The notes under the pieces were generated by a model that saw only the letters and a list, made by a program, of their open reading frames with translations, was not told the DNA's origin and did no database searches. From Mobula hypostoma (lineage: Eukaryota): a DNA stretch of 64,000 nucleotides. Made by a program: the position numbers and the translations under genes. Shown here in pieces: positions 50,872 through 63,818 of this stretch. The stretch is taken from the NCBI RefSeq assembly GCF_963921235.1, contig NC_086097.1, positions 105,402,001 to 105,466,000 on the forward strand. Reading direction: 5' to 3'. The stretch's first letter is position 1. Every line of letters starts with the position of its first letter.

Positions 50872-52740
50872 GACAGCCCCAACTCTTATGTCAGAATGCT
50901 ATTCAATGACTTTAGTTCAGTATTCAATACTGTGATCCCCTCCAAGCTGATCACTAAACTTCGCCAGCTTGGTATCAGCTCATCCCTCTGCAATTGGACC
51001 TTGGACTTTTTGACTAACACACCCCAATCAGTTAAGTTGGACAACCTCTCCTCCTCCACTCACCCTGAACACCGGCGTGCCTCAAGGCTGTGTGCTAAGC
51101 CCTCTTCTGTACTCCCTTTTCACCTATGACTGCGTTCCTGAACATGGTTCTAACTCCATAATCAAGTTCGCAGACGACACCATGGTGGTTGGCCTGATCA
51201 GAGGGGATGACGAGATGCCTACAGGGACGAGGTCTAGCACCTGGCTGCGTGGTGTGCCAACAACGACCTGGCCCTTATCACCCAGAAGACCAAGGAGATC
51301 ATTGTGGACTTCAGGCATGCCAGGAGTCGCACTCACATCTCCATCTACATCAACGGAACTGTAGTGGAGTGTGTATCAAGCTTCAAATTCCTTGGTGTCC
51401 ACATTTCTGAGGATCTCACCTGGTCCCTGAACTCCTCCATCCTGATCAAAAAGGTGCAACAGCGCCTTTATTTCCTGTGGAGCATCAAGAAAGCTCACCT
51501 CTGTCCCAGGATACTGACAGACTTTTACCGCTGTACAATTGAGAGCATACTCACCAATTGCATCTCAGTGTGGTATGACAATTGTCCCGTATCGGACCGC
51601 AAAGTACTCCAATGTGTGGTGAAAACTGCCCAGTGGATTATCGGCACCCAATTGCCCACCATTGAGAACATCTACCATAAACTCTGCCTGGGCAAGGCAA
51701 AAAGCATTATCAGTAGACAATAGGTGTAGGAGTAGGCCATTCGGCCCTTCAAGCCAGCACCACCATTCACTGTGATCATGGCTGATCATCCACAATCCGT
51801 ATCTAGTTCCTGCCTTATCCCCATAACCTTTGATTCCGCTATCTTTAAGAGTTCTATCCATCTCTTTCTTGAAAGCATCCAGAGACTTGGGCTCCACTGC
51901 CTCCTGGGGTAGAGCATTCCACAAATCCACCACTCTCTGGGTGAAGAAGTTTTTCCTCAACTCCGTTCTAAATGGCCTACCCCGTATTCTTAAACTGTGG
52001 CCTCTGGTTCTGGACTCACCCATCAGCGGGAATATGCTTCCTGCCTCCAGTGTGTCCAATCCTTTAATAGCCTTATATGTTTCAATCAGATCCCCTCCCA
52101 TCCTTCTAAATTCCAGTGTATACAAGCCCAGTCTCTCCAATCTTTCAACATATGACAGTCCCGCCATCCCGGGAATTAACCTTGTGAACCTACGCTGCAC
52201 TTCCTCAATAGCAAGAATGTCCTTCCTCAAATTTGGAGACCAAAACTGCACACAATGCTCCAGGATGCATCTCACTTTTTACTCTCATCCCATACGGTAG
52301 GCACTACAGGAGCCTCCGCTCCCGCACCAGCAGGCACAGGAAGGGCTTCTTCCCTGAGTCTGTGACCCTGCTGAACCTCACATCACAGCGCTAAGCAGTA
52401 TTGCACCCATATTGTACTGAGACATTTGGAGAATGCATTGTGATACTTTGCCCAGTACGGTATCCCCTCTTTAAGATCACCAATACAGGGACCTCAATAC
52501 GGAAAATGTTTTCTGGGGTATCGATTGATCCTACAGCTGAACTGATTTTTGGCACTGAGGGTATCAAGATCAGTGCAAACCGGGTCTCAGTACTTTTATA
52601 TTTGTGTGCTGTAGCACTGTTTATTCGCATTTATTTTGTAAATAACACTATTCTTTGCATTTCTGGTTAGATGCTAACTGCATTTCATTGGTTTTGTATC
52701 TATACTCGGCACAATGACAATAAAGTTGAATCTAATCTAA
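50872..52740 (+). mobile_element. Rex1/Babar-like LINE (RT to 3' end) with a CR1 3' fragment nested on - at ~51713-52261
   Basis: [18 protein letters not shown]...KFADDT and SFKFLGVHISEDLTWS; AATAAA and (TCTAA)n tail; nested ORF 51565-52275. Confidence 0.85.
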
Positions 52741-52759
52741 TGTATTTTTCAAGATCATA

Positions 52760-53250
52760 GTCAGCCCTTCTCCAGCTTTCCCCTCCATTCAGGTTGATGT
52801 GGCACTTCCTCAGGTGTCTTGATACTGTCTTTGAACCACTTTTGCTGCCCTGCAGGAGTGCACTTTACATCCTTGAGTTGGCTGAACAGGAGTATTTCGG
52901 GGAGGCAGGAGTCAGGCATACGGATGATGTGGCTGGCCCATCGCAATGGGTGTTGAGTCACGATTATAGAAACATAGAAACATAGAAAATAGGTGCAGGA
53001 GTAGGCCATTCGGCCCTTCGAGCCTGCACCGCCATTTATTATGATCATGGCTGATCATCCAACTCAGAACCCAGTCTTCCCTCCATACCCCCGACCCCTG
53101 TAGCCACAAGGCTATGGCTATGGAATTAATGCTGGAGTTAGTGTGCATGTTTTTCCAGCTAACTCTCAGAATCTTTCGGAGGCATTTTTGGTGATAGGTT
53201 TCTAGGGATTTTACATGCCTGCTGTACGTTGTCAAGTACTCCATTTCATA
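52760..53250 (-). mobile_element. RTE-clade LINE fragment with a short CR1 3' end inserted (~52968-53100)
   Basis: RHVKSLETYHQKCLRKILRVSW and LRWASHIIRMPDSCLPEILLFSQL motifs. Confidence 0.7.
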
Positions 53251-53257
53251 TAGCAAG

Positions 53258-53997
53258 AAGGGGAGGCTGGGGTGATATACTGCGTCCGGTGCTCCCGATG
53301 CAACCTTCTATATATTGGCGAGACTCGACGCAGACTGGGAGATCGTTTTGCTGAACATCTATGCTCTTTCCGCCAGAGAAAGCAGGATCTCCCAGTGGCC
53401 ACACATTTTAATTCCACATCCAATTCCCATGCTGATATGTCTATCCGCGGCCTGCTCTACTGTAAAGATGAAGCCACACTCAGGTTGGAGGAACAACACC
53501 TTATATTCCGTCTGGGTAGCCTCCAACCTGATGGCATGAACATTGACTTCTCTAACTTCCTTTAATGCCCCACCTCACCCTCGTACCCCATCCGTTATTT
53601 ATTTTTATACACACATTCTTTCTCTCTCTGTCCCGCTGACTATACCCCTTGCCCATCCTCTGGGATTTCCCCCCCTCCCCTCCCCCTTTTTCCTTCTCCC
53701 TGGGCCTCCTGTCCCATGATCCTCTCATATCCCTTTTGCTAATCAACTGTCCAGCTCTTGGCTCCATCCCTCCCCCTCCTGTCTTCTCCTATCATTTTGG
53801 ATCTCCCCCTCCCCCTCCCCCTCCCACTTTCAAATCTCTTACTAGCTCTTCTTTCAGTTAGTCCTGACAAAGGGTCTCGGCCTGAAACGTCGACTGTACC
53901 TCTTCCTAGAGATGCTGCCTGACCTGCTGCATTCACCAGCAACTTTAATGTGTGTTGCTTGAAATTACAGCTTCTGCAGATTTCCTCGTGTTTGCGT
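53258..53997 (+). mobile_element. Penelope-like element: GIY-YIG ORF plus pLTR
   Basis: ORF 53272-53565 (IYCVRCSRCNLLYIGETRRRLGDRFAEH); hammerhead with CTGACAA variant at 53860-53895. Confidence 0.85.
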
Positions 53998-54029
53998 CTG
54001 ATTAATCAGATTTGTATGAGCCTGGTTCT

Positions 54030-54930
54030 GGAGTCACTGTAGGTTGTATAGTTTCTGATTTTGGAATCACCGCAGGCTGAACAGTTTCCAATTCTAAAAT
54101 CACCACAGGGTGGAATGTTTCCCAATCTGTAATCACAATCGGGTGAACAGTGTCTCATTCTGTAATCAGCGTCGTGTAAACAGTTTCCCATTCCGTAATC
54201 TCCATAGGTTGCATAGTTTTCCATTCTGTAATCACCACAGAGTAAACAGTTTCCCATTCTGTAATCTCCCTAGGTTGTACAGTTTCCCATTTTGTAATCA
54301 CCACAGAGCGAACAGCTTCCCATTCTGTTGTCAGCGGAGAGTGAACACTTTCCCATTCTGGAATGACGATACGGTGAACAGTTTCCCATCCTGAAATCAC
54401 CAAAGAGTGAACAGTTCCCCATTCTATACTCACCATAGGTTGGAATGTTTCCCAATCTGTAATCACATTAGGGTGAACAGATTCCGATTCTGTAATCACC
54501 GTAGGGTGAAGTTTCCCATTCTGTAATCATCATCGAGTGAACACTTTCCCATTCTGTAATCACCACAGATTCTGTAATCAACATAGGTTGTATAGTTTCC
54601 CATTTGGTAATCACCAGAGGGTGTATAACTTCCAATTCTGTAATCACAGTACTGTGAACGGTTTCCCATTCTGTAATCACCAAAGGGTGTATTGTTTCCC
54701 ACTCTGTAATCACTATAGGGAGAGGAGTTTCCCATTCTGTCATGACCATAGTGTGAACATTTTCTCATTCTGTAATCACCATAGGTTGTTTTGTTTCCCA
54801 ATCTGTAATCACCAGAAGGTGAATATTTTCCCATTATGTAATCACCATAAGGTGCACAATTTCCCATTCTGTAATCACCATAGTGTGAACAGTTTCCCTT
54901 TCTGCAATCTCCAAAGGATGAAATGTTTCC
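54030..54930. repeat. 33-bp minisatellite, left block
   Basis: Consensus ~AGTTTCCCATTCTGTAATCACCATAGAGTGAAC. Confidence 0.95.
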
Positions 54931-54934
54931 CATA

Positions 54935-57900
54935 TATAACCATATAACAATTACAGCACGGAAACAGGCCATCTCAGCCCTTCTAGTCTGTGCCAGACTC
55001 TTACCCTATCCTATTCCCACCGACCTACACTCGGCCCATAACCCTCCATTCCTTTCCTGTCCATATAGCTGTCCAATTTAACTTTAAACAACAACATAGA
55101 ACCTGCCTCAACCACTTCTGCTGGAAGCTCGTTCCACACAGCTACCACTCTCTGAGTAAAGAAGTTCCCCCTCATGTTACCCCTAAACTTTTGTCCTCTA
55201 ATTCTCAACCCATGCCCTCTTGTTTGAATCTTCCCCACACTCAATGGAAAAGGTCTAACCACGTCAACTCTATCAATCCCCCTCATAATTTTAAACGCCT
55301 CTATCAAGCATCCCCTCAACTTTCTATGCTCCAAAGAATAAAGACCTAGTTTGTTCAACCTTTCTCTGCAACCTAGGAGATGAAACCCAGGCAACATTTT
55401 AGTAAACTTTAGTAAAGGCTTGTCAGAAGGGCAGTGTTATGATAATTGTGGGGGATTTTAACATGTGAGTGGATTGGGAAAATCAGGTCAGCACTAGATC
55501 TCAAGAGAGAGAATTTGTAGAATGTCTGCAAGATGTCTTTTTAGAACAGCTTGTTGTTGAGCCCACTAGGGGATCAGCTGTACTGGATTGGGTATTGTGT
55601 AATGAACTGTAGGTGATTAGAGAGATTAAGGTGAAGGAACCCTTAGGAGGCAGTGATTATAACATGATTGAGTTCACTGTGACATTTGAAAAAGAGAAGC
55701 CGAAATCCGATGTGTCGGTATTTCAGTGGAGTAAAGGAAATTACAGTGGCATGAGAGAGGAACTGGCCAAAGTTGACTGGAAGGGACACTGGCAGGAAAG
55801 ACGGCAGAGCAGCAGTGGCTGGAGTTTATGCAAGAAGTTAGGAAGGTGCAAGACAGGCATGTTCCAGAAAAGAAGAAATTTTCGAATGGAAAAAGGATGC
55901 AACCGTGGTTGACAAGAGAAGTCAAAGCCGAAGTTAAAGCAAAGGAGAGGGCATACAAGGAAGCAAAGATTAGTGGGAAGACAGAGGATTGGGAAGTTTT
56001 TAAAACCTTACAAAAGGAAACTAAGAAGGTCATTAAGAGAGAAAAGATTAACTATGAAAGGACGCTAGCAAATAATATCAAAGAGGATACTAAAAGCTTT
56101 TTCAAGTATATAAAGAGTAAAAGTCAGGTGAGAGTAGATATAGGACCGATAGAAAATGATGCTGGAGAAATTGTAATGGGAGATAAGGAGATGGCAGAGG
56201 AACTGAATGAGTATTTTGCATCAGTCTTCACTGAGGAAGACATCAGCAGTATACCGGACACTCAAGGGTGGCAGGGAAGAGAAGTGTGCGCAGTCACAAT
56301 TATGACAGAGAAAGTACTCAGGAAGCTGAATAGTCTAAAGGTCGATAAATCACCCAGACCAGATGGAATGCACCCGCGTGTTCTGAAGGAAGTAGCTGTG
56401 GAGATTGCGGAGGCATTAGTGATGATCTTTCCAAAGTCAATAGATTCTGGCATGGTTCTGGAGGACTGGAAGATTGCAAATGTCACTCCGCTATTTAAGA
56501 AGGGGGCAAGGAAGCAAAAAGGGAATTATAGACCTGTTAGCCTGACATTGGTGGTTGGGAAGTTGTTGGAGTTGATTGTCAAGGATGAGGTTACGGAGTA
56601 CCTGGAGGCATATGACAAGATAGGCAGAACTCAGCATGGATTCCTTAAAGGAAAACCCTGCCTGACAAACCTATTACAATTTTTTGAGGAAATTACAAGT
56701 AGGCTAGACAATGGAGATGCGGTGGATGTTGTATATTTGGATTTTCAGAAGGCCTTTGACAAGGTGCCACACAGGAGGCTACTTAACAAGATAAGAGCCC
56801 ATGGAATTACAGGAAAGTTACATACGTGGATAGAGTGTTGGCTTATTGGCAGGAAACAGAGAGTGGGAATAAAGGGATCCTATTCTGGTTGGCTGCCAGT
56901 TACCAGTGGTGTTCCACAGGGGTTCATGTTAGGGCCGCTTGTTTTTACATTGTACATCAACGATTTGGATTATGGAATAGATGGCTTTGTGGCTAAGTTT
57001 GCTGACAATACAAAGATAGGTGGAGGGGCCAGTAGTGCTGAGGAAACGGAGAGTCTGCAGAGAGACTTGGATAGATTGGAAGAATGGGCAGAGAAGTGGC
57101 AAATGAAGTACAATGTTGGAAAGTGTATGGTTATGCACTTTAGCAGAAGTAATAAACGGGCAGACTATTATTTAAATGGGGAAAGAATTCAAAGTTCTGA
57201 GATGCAACGGGACTTGGGAGTCCTTGTACAGGATACCCTTAAGGTTAACCTCCAGGTTGAGTCGGTACTGAAGAAAATGAATGCAATGTTGGCATTCATT
57301 TCTAGAGGAATAGAGTATAGGAGCAGGGATGTGATGTTGAGGCTCTATAAGGCACTGGTGAGACCTCACTTGGAGTACTGTGGGCAGTTTTGGTCTCCTT
57401 ATTTAAGAAAGGATGTGCTGACGTTGGAGAGGGTACTCTTAGAACCCTTTTTAAACAATGGAACCACATGAGCAATACGCCAATCCTCCGGCACCATTCC
57501 CGTTTCTAATGACATTTGAAATATTTCTGTCAGAGCCCCTGTTATTTCTACAATAACTTCCCTCAAAGTCCTAGGGAGTATCTTTTCCGGACCCGGAGAC
57601 TTATCCACTTTTATATTCCTTAAAAGTGCCAGTACTTCCTCTTCTTTAATTGTCATACTTTCCATAACTACCCTTCTTGTTTCCTTTACCTGACACAATT
57701 CAATATCCTTCTCCTTAGTGAATACTGAAGAAAAGAAATTGTTCAAAATCTCCCCCATCTCTTTTGGCTCCGCACATAGCCGTCCACTCTGATTCTCCAA
57801 GGCACCAATTTTATCCCTCACTATCCTTTTGCCACTAACATAACTGTAGAAACCCTTTGGATTTATTTTCACCCTACTTGCCAAAGTAGCCTCGTATCTT

Positions 57901-58552
57901 CTTTAAGCTTTTCTAATTCCTTTCTTAAGATTCTTTTTACATTCTTTATATTCCTTGAGTACTTCATTAACTCCAAGCTGACTATATTTATTGAAGATCT
58001 CTCTCTTTTTCTGAACCAAGTTTCTAATATCTCTTGAAAACCATGGCTCTCTCAAACTTTTAACCTTTCCTTTCAACCTAACAGGAACATAAAGATTCTG
58101 AACCCCCAAAATTTCGCCTTTAAATGACCTCCATTTCTCTGTTACATCCTTCCCATAAAACAAATTTTCCCAATCCACTCCTTCTAAATCCTTTTGCATC
58201 TCCTCAAAGTTAGCCTTTCTCCAATCAAAAATCTCATTCCTAGGTCCAGTCCTATCCTTCTCCATAATTACACTGAAACTAATCGTATTGTGATCACTGG
58301 ACCCGAAGTGCTCCCCAACACATACCTCTGTCACCTGACCTATCTCATTCCCTAACAGGAGATCCAACACTGCCCCTTCTCCAGTTGGTACCTCTATGTA
58401 TTGCTCCAAAAAACTATCCGGCACACCTCTTACCTCAAACCTTTCAGCACTTTTACAGAATGCGCTTCCCAGTCTATGTGTGGAAAATTAAAATATCCCA
58501 CAATCACAACCTTGTGCTTACTACAAATATATGCTATCTCCTTACAAATTTG
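54935..58552. mobile_element. CR1 nest splitting the minisatellite: - pieces at ~54935-55410 and ~57436-58552, + piece at ~55411-57435
   Basis: 547-aa ORF 55828-57471 covering the RT region; minus ORFs 55011-55397, 57399-57884 and 57903-58424. Confidence 0.9.
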
Positions 58553-61500
58553 CAATCACCATAGGTTGTATAGTTTCCCATTCTGTAATCACCATAGAGT
58601 GAACAGCTTCCCATTCTGTAATCACCATTGAATGAACAGGTTCCCATTCTGTAATCAACATAGGGTGTACAGTTTCACATTCTGTAATCAGCATTCAGTG
58701 AACAGTTTCCGGTTCTGTAATCACCGTGGACTGAACAGTTTCCAATTCTGTATTCACCATCAAGTGAACAGTTTCCCATTGTGTAATCAACAACTAGTGA
58801 ACACTTTCCCATTTGCAATCAACATAGGTTGTATAGTTTCCCATTCCGTAACCAGAAAAATGTATACTGTTTCCCATTGTGTAATCCCCACAGTGTGAAC
58901 AGTTTCCCATTGTGTAATCAAATATATAGGTTATGTAGTTTCCCATTCTATACTTACCATCGGGAGTATAGTTTCCAATACTGCAATCACCACAGAGTGC
59001 ATAGTTTCCCATTCTGTAATCATCGTCGAGTGAACACTTTCCCATTCTGTAATCACCACAGTGTGAACAGTTTCCCATTATGTAATCACAAATATAGGTT
59101 ATGTAGTTTCCCATTCTATACTCACCATCAGGAGTATAGTTTCCAATTCTGTAATCACCACAGAGTGTATAGTTTCCCATTCTGTAATCAGAAAAATGTA
59201 TATAGTTTCCCACTGTGTAATCACCATAGTATGAACAGTTTCCCATTCTGTAATCATCGTCGAGTGAACACTTTCCCATTCTGTAATCACCACAGTGTGA
59301 ACAGTTTCCCGTTATGTAATCACATATATAGGTTATGTAGTTTCCCATTCTATACTCACCATCGGGTGTATAGTTTCCCATTCTGTAATCCCCATAGAGT
59401 GAGCAGTTTCCCATTCTGTAATCCCCATAGAGTGAGCAGTTTCCCATTCTGTAAACATGATAGGGTGAAGAGTTTCCCATTCTGTAATCACCATAGGGTG
59501 AAGAGTTTCCCGTTCAGTAATCACAGAAGGGCATATAGTTTCCCATTCTGTAATCACTATAGAGTGAGGAGTTTCCCATTCTGTCATGACCACAGAGTGA
59601 ACGGTTTCCCATTTTGTAATCACCATAGAGTGAACAGTTTCCCATTCTGTAATCAAAATGGAGTGAACAGTTTCCCATTCTGTAATCACCACAGAGCGAA
59701 CAGGTTCCCATTCTGTCAACACCATAGGGTGAACAATTTCCCATTCTGTTATCACCATAGGGTGTACAGTTTCACATTCTGTAATCAGCATTGAGTGAAC
59801 AGTTTCCCGTTCTGTAATTGCCATGGAGTGAACAGGTTATGTCGTTTTCCGTTCTGTATTCACCATAGAGTGAACACGTTTCCATTCTGTAATCACTATC
59901 GAATGAATAGGTTGCCATTCTGTAAACACCATAGGATGAAAAGTTTCCCATTCTGTAAACACCGTAGGGTGAAGAGTTTCCCATTCTGTAATCACTGTAG
60001 AGTGAACAGTTTCGCATACTGTAATCAGCAGAGCATGAACAATTTCCCATTCTGTAATAACCGTAGGGTTTGCAGTTTCCCATTTTGTAATCACTGTTGG
60101 CTTAACGGTTTCCCATTCTGTATTCACCGCAGGGTAAACAGTTTCCCATTCTGTAATCACCGCAGAGTGAACCGATAGCAATTCTGTAATCAGCACAGTG
60201 TGAACAGTTTCCCATTCTGTAATCATCATCGACTGAACACTTTCCCATTCTGAAATCAGCATAGGTTGTATAGTTTCCCATTCCGCAATCAGCAAAGTGT
60301 GAACAGTTTCCCATTCTACAATCATCTTCGAGTGAACACTTTCCCATTCTGTAATAAATATAGGTTATATTGTTTCCCATTCTGTAATCACCATAGGTTG
60401 TATAGTTTCCCAATCTGTAATCAACAGAAGGTGTATATTTTCCAATTCTGTAATCAAAATAGTGTGAGCAGTTTCCCATTCTGTAATCACCAAAGGGCAT
60501 AATGTTTCCCATTCTGTAATCTCTATAGGGTGAGGAGTTTTCCATTCTGTAATGACCATAATGTGAACAGTTTACTGTTCTGTAATCACCATAGACTGAA
60601 CAGTTTCCCATTATATGATCACCATAGAGTGTACAGTTTTCCATTCTGTAATCACTATGGAGTGAACAGTTTCCCATTCTGTAATTAGCGTAGTGTTTTC
60701 AGTGTCCCATTCTGTAATCACCATAGAGTGAGAAGTTTCCCATTCTGTATTCACCATTGGTTGAACAGTTTCCCATTCTGTGCTCACCGTAGAGTGAACC
60801 ATTTCCCAATTACCATAGGGTGTTCAGTTTCCCATTCTGTAATCACCTTAGAGTGAACAGTTTGCCATTCTGTAGTCACCTGTAGTGAACAGCTTCACAT
60901 TCTGTAATCACCTGAGAGTGAACAGTTTACCATTCTGTAATCAGAGCAGAGTGAACAGTTTCTCATTGTGTAATCAACATAGTATAAACAGTTTCCCATT
61001 CTGTAATTATCATCAAGTGAACACCTTCCCATTTTGGAATCACCACAGTGTGAACAGTTTCCCATTATGTTATCACATATAGATTCTGCAGTTTCCCATT
61101 CTATACTAAACATCTGGTGTATAGTTTCCCATTCTATAATCACCATACAGTGAACAGTTTCCCATTTTGTAATCACCATAGTGTATATAGTTTCCCATTC
61201 TGTAACCACCATCGTGTGTACAGTTTACCATTCTGTAATCACCAGAGACTGAACAGTTTCCCATTATATAATCAGCATAGAGGGAACAGTTTGCCATTCA
61301 GTAATCACCATAGAGTGAACACGTTTCCATTTTGTAATCACCATCGAATGAACAGGTTGCCAGTCTGTAAACACCATAGGGTGATGAGTTTCCCATCCTG
61401 TAATCACAGAAGGGCATATAGTTTCCCATTCTGTAATCAGCAGAGCGTGAACGATTTCCCATTCTGTAATCACGGTAGGGTTTGCAGTTTCCCAGTCTCT

Positions 61501-63818
61501 AATCACTGTCGGCTTAACAGTTTCCCATTCTCTATTCATATTAGGGTAAACTGTTTCCCATTCTGTAATCACTGAAAAGTGAACAGTTTCCCATTTTGTA
61601 ATCACCGTAAAGTGAACCGATAGCAATTCTGTCATCAGCATAGTGTGAACAGTTTCCCATTCTGTAATCATCATCGACTGAACACTTTCCCATTCTGAAA
61701 TCAGCATAGGTTGTATAGTTTCCCAATCTGTAATCACCAATAGGTGTATATTTTCCCATTCTGTAATCACAATAGTTGAACAAATTCCAATTCTGTAATC
61801 ACCAAAGGGCGTATTATTTCCCATTCTGTAATCACTGTAGGATGAGGAGTTTCCCATTCTGTCATGACTATAGTGTCAACAGTTTCCCATTCTGCAATCA
61901 TCATCGAGTGAACACTTTCCCAATCTGTAATCACAACAGGTTGTATAGTTTCCCAATCTGTAATCACCAGAAGGTGAATATTTTCCCATTCTCTAATCAC
62001 CATGGTTTGAACAGTTTCCCATTCTATACTCACCATAGTGTGAACAGTTTCCCATTCTGCAATCTCGATAGAGTGAACAGTTTCTCATTATATGTACACT
62101 ATAGTTTGTTGAGTTTCCGATTTTGTAATCACCATAGGGTGAACAGTTTCCCATTCTGTTATCACTATAATTTGTATAGTTTCCGATTTTGTAATCACCA
62201 TAGGGTGAACAGTTTCCCATTCTATTATCACCAAAGGTTGTTTAGTTTCCCATTCGGTAATCACCATAGAGTGTACAGTTTCCCATTCTGTAATCACTAT
62301 AGGTTGTATAGTTTCCCATTCTGTAATCACCGTGGAGTGAACAGTTTCCAATTCTGTATTCACCATAAAGTGAGCAGTTTCCCATTCTGTATTCGCCATA
62401 GATCGAACAGTTTCCCATTCTGTAATCACGGTCGGGTGAACAGTTTCCCATTCTGTAATCACCGTAAAGTGAACCGATAGCAATTCTGTAATCAACATAG
62501 TGTGAACAGTTTTCCCATTGTGTAATCACCATAGTGTGAGCAGTTTCCCATTCTACAATCATCATCGAGTGAACACTCTCCCATTCTGTAATCAATATAG
62601 ATTATATAGTATCCCATTCTGTAATCACCATAGGTTGTATAGTTTCCCAATTGTGTAATCAACAGAAACTGTATATTTTCCAATTCTGTAATCACCACAG
62701 GGTGAGCAGATTCCCATTCTGTAATCACCAAAGGGCGTAATGTTTCCCATTCTGTAATCAATACAGGGCGAGGAGTTTTCCATTCTGTAATGACCATTAT
62801 GTGAACAGTTTACCATTCTGTAATCACCATAGAGTGAACAGTTTCCCATTATATGATCACCATAGAGTACACAGTTTCCCATTGTGTAATCACTATAGAG
62901 TGAACAGTTTCCCATTCTGTGAATAGCATAGTGTTTTCTGTGTCCCATTCTGTTATCACCATAGTGTGTACAGTTTCCCATTCTGTGATCACCAACGTGT
63001 GTACAGTTTACCATTCTGTAATTACCGGAGATTGAACAGCTTCCCATTATATAATCAGCATAGAGGGAACAGTTTGCCATTCGGTAATCACCATCGAATG
63101 AACAGGTTGCCATTCTGTAAACACCATAGGATCAAAAGTTTCCCATTCTGTAAACAACATAGGGTGAAGAGTTTCCCATTCTGTAATCAGCGAGCATGAA
63201 CAATTTCCAATTCTGTAATCATGGTAGGGTGAACAGTTTCCCATTCTGTAATCACCGTAGGGTTTGCAGTTTCCAATTCTGAAATCACTGTCGGCTTAAC
63301 AGTTTCCCATTCTCTATTCGCCGTAGGGTAAACAGTTTCCCAGTCTGTAATCACCGAAGAGTGAACAGTTTCCCATTTTGTAATCACCATAGAGTGAACC
63401 CAGAGCAATTCTGTAATCAGCATAGTGTGAACAGTTTCCCATTGTGTAATCAACATAGAATGAACAGTTTCCCATTCTACAATCATCATCGAGTGAACAC
63501 CTTCCCATTCTGCAATCAACATAGGTTGTACAGTTTCCCAATCTGTAATCACCAGGTGGATATTTTCCCATTCTGTAATCACCATAGGGTTCATAGTTTC
63601 TCATTCCGTAATCACCATAGTTTGAACAGTTTACCATTCCATAATCACTATAGTTTGTATAGTTTCCGATTTTGTAATCACCAAAGGGTGAACAGTTTCC
63701 CATTCTGAAATCACCATAGGTTGTATAGTTTCCCATTCGATTCTTACCATCGGGTGTACAGTTTCCCATTCTGTAATCACCATAGGGTGAACAGTTTCCA
63801 ATTCTGTATTCACCATAG
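58553..63818. repeat. 33-bp minisatellite, right block (~5.3 kb, ~160 units)
   Basis: Same consensus; the 11-aa period in the translations (MGNCSLYGDYR) confirms 33 bp. Confidence 0.95.

Noticed and set aside
55828..57471. Functional or domesticated reverse transcriptase gene
   Set aside because: Ordinary CR1 ORF2 fragment: frameshifted from its endonuclease, catalytic DD changed to DN, 3'-truncated.
58794..63769. Cys/His-rich or MGNCSLYGDYR repeat proteins in the ORF track
   Set aside because: They arise in several frames on both strands from a 33-bp unit, with scattered stops and frameshifts and no evident splice structure.
54030..63818. CRISPR-like array (constant repeat plus variable spacer)
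   Set aside because: The variable parts are only ~12 bp and are related to each other, the repeats are degenerate, there are no cas genes, and the context is vertebrate. It is a minisatellite.
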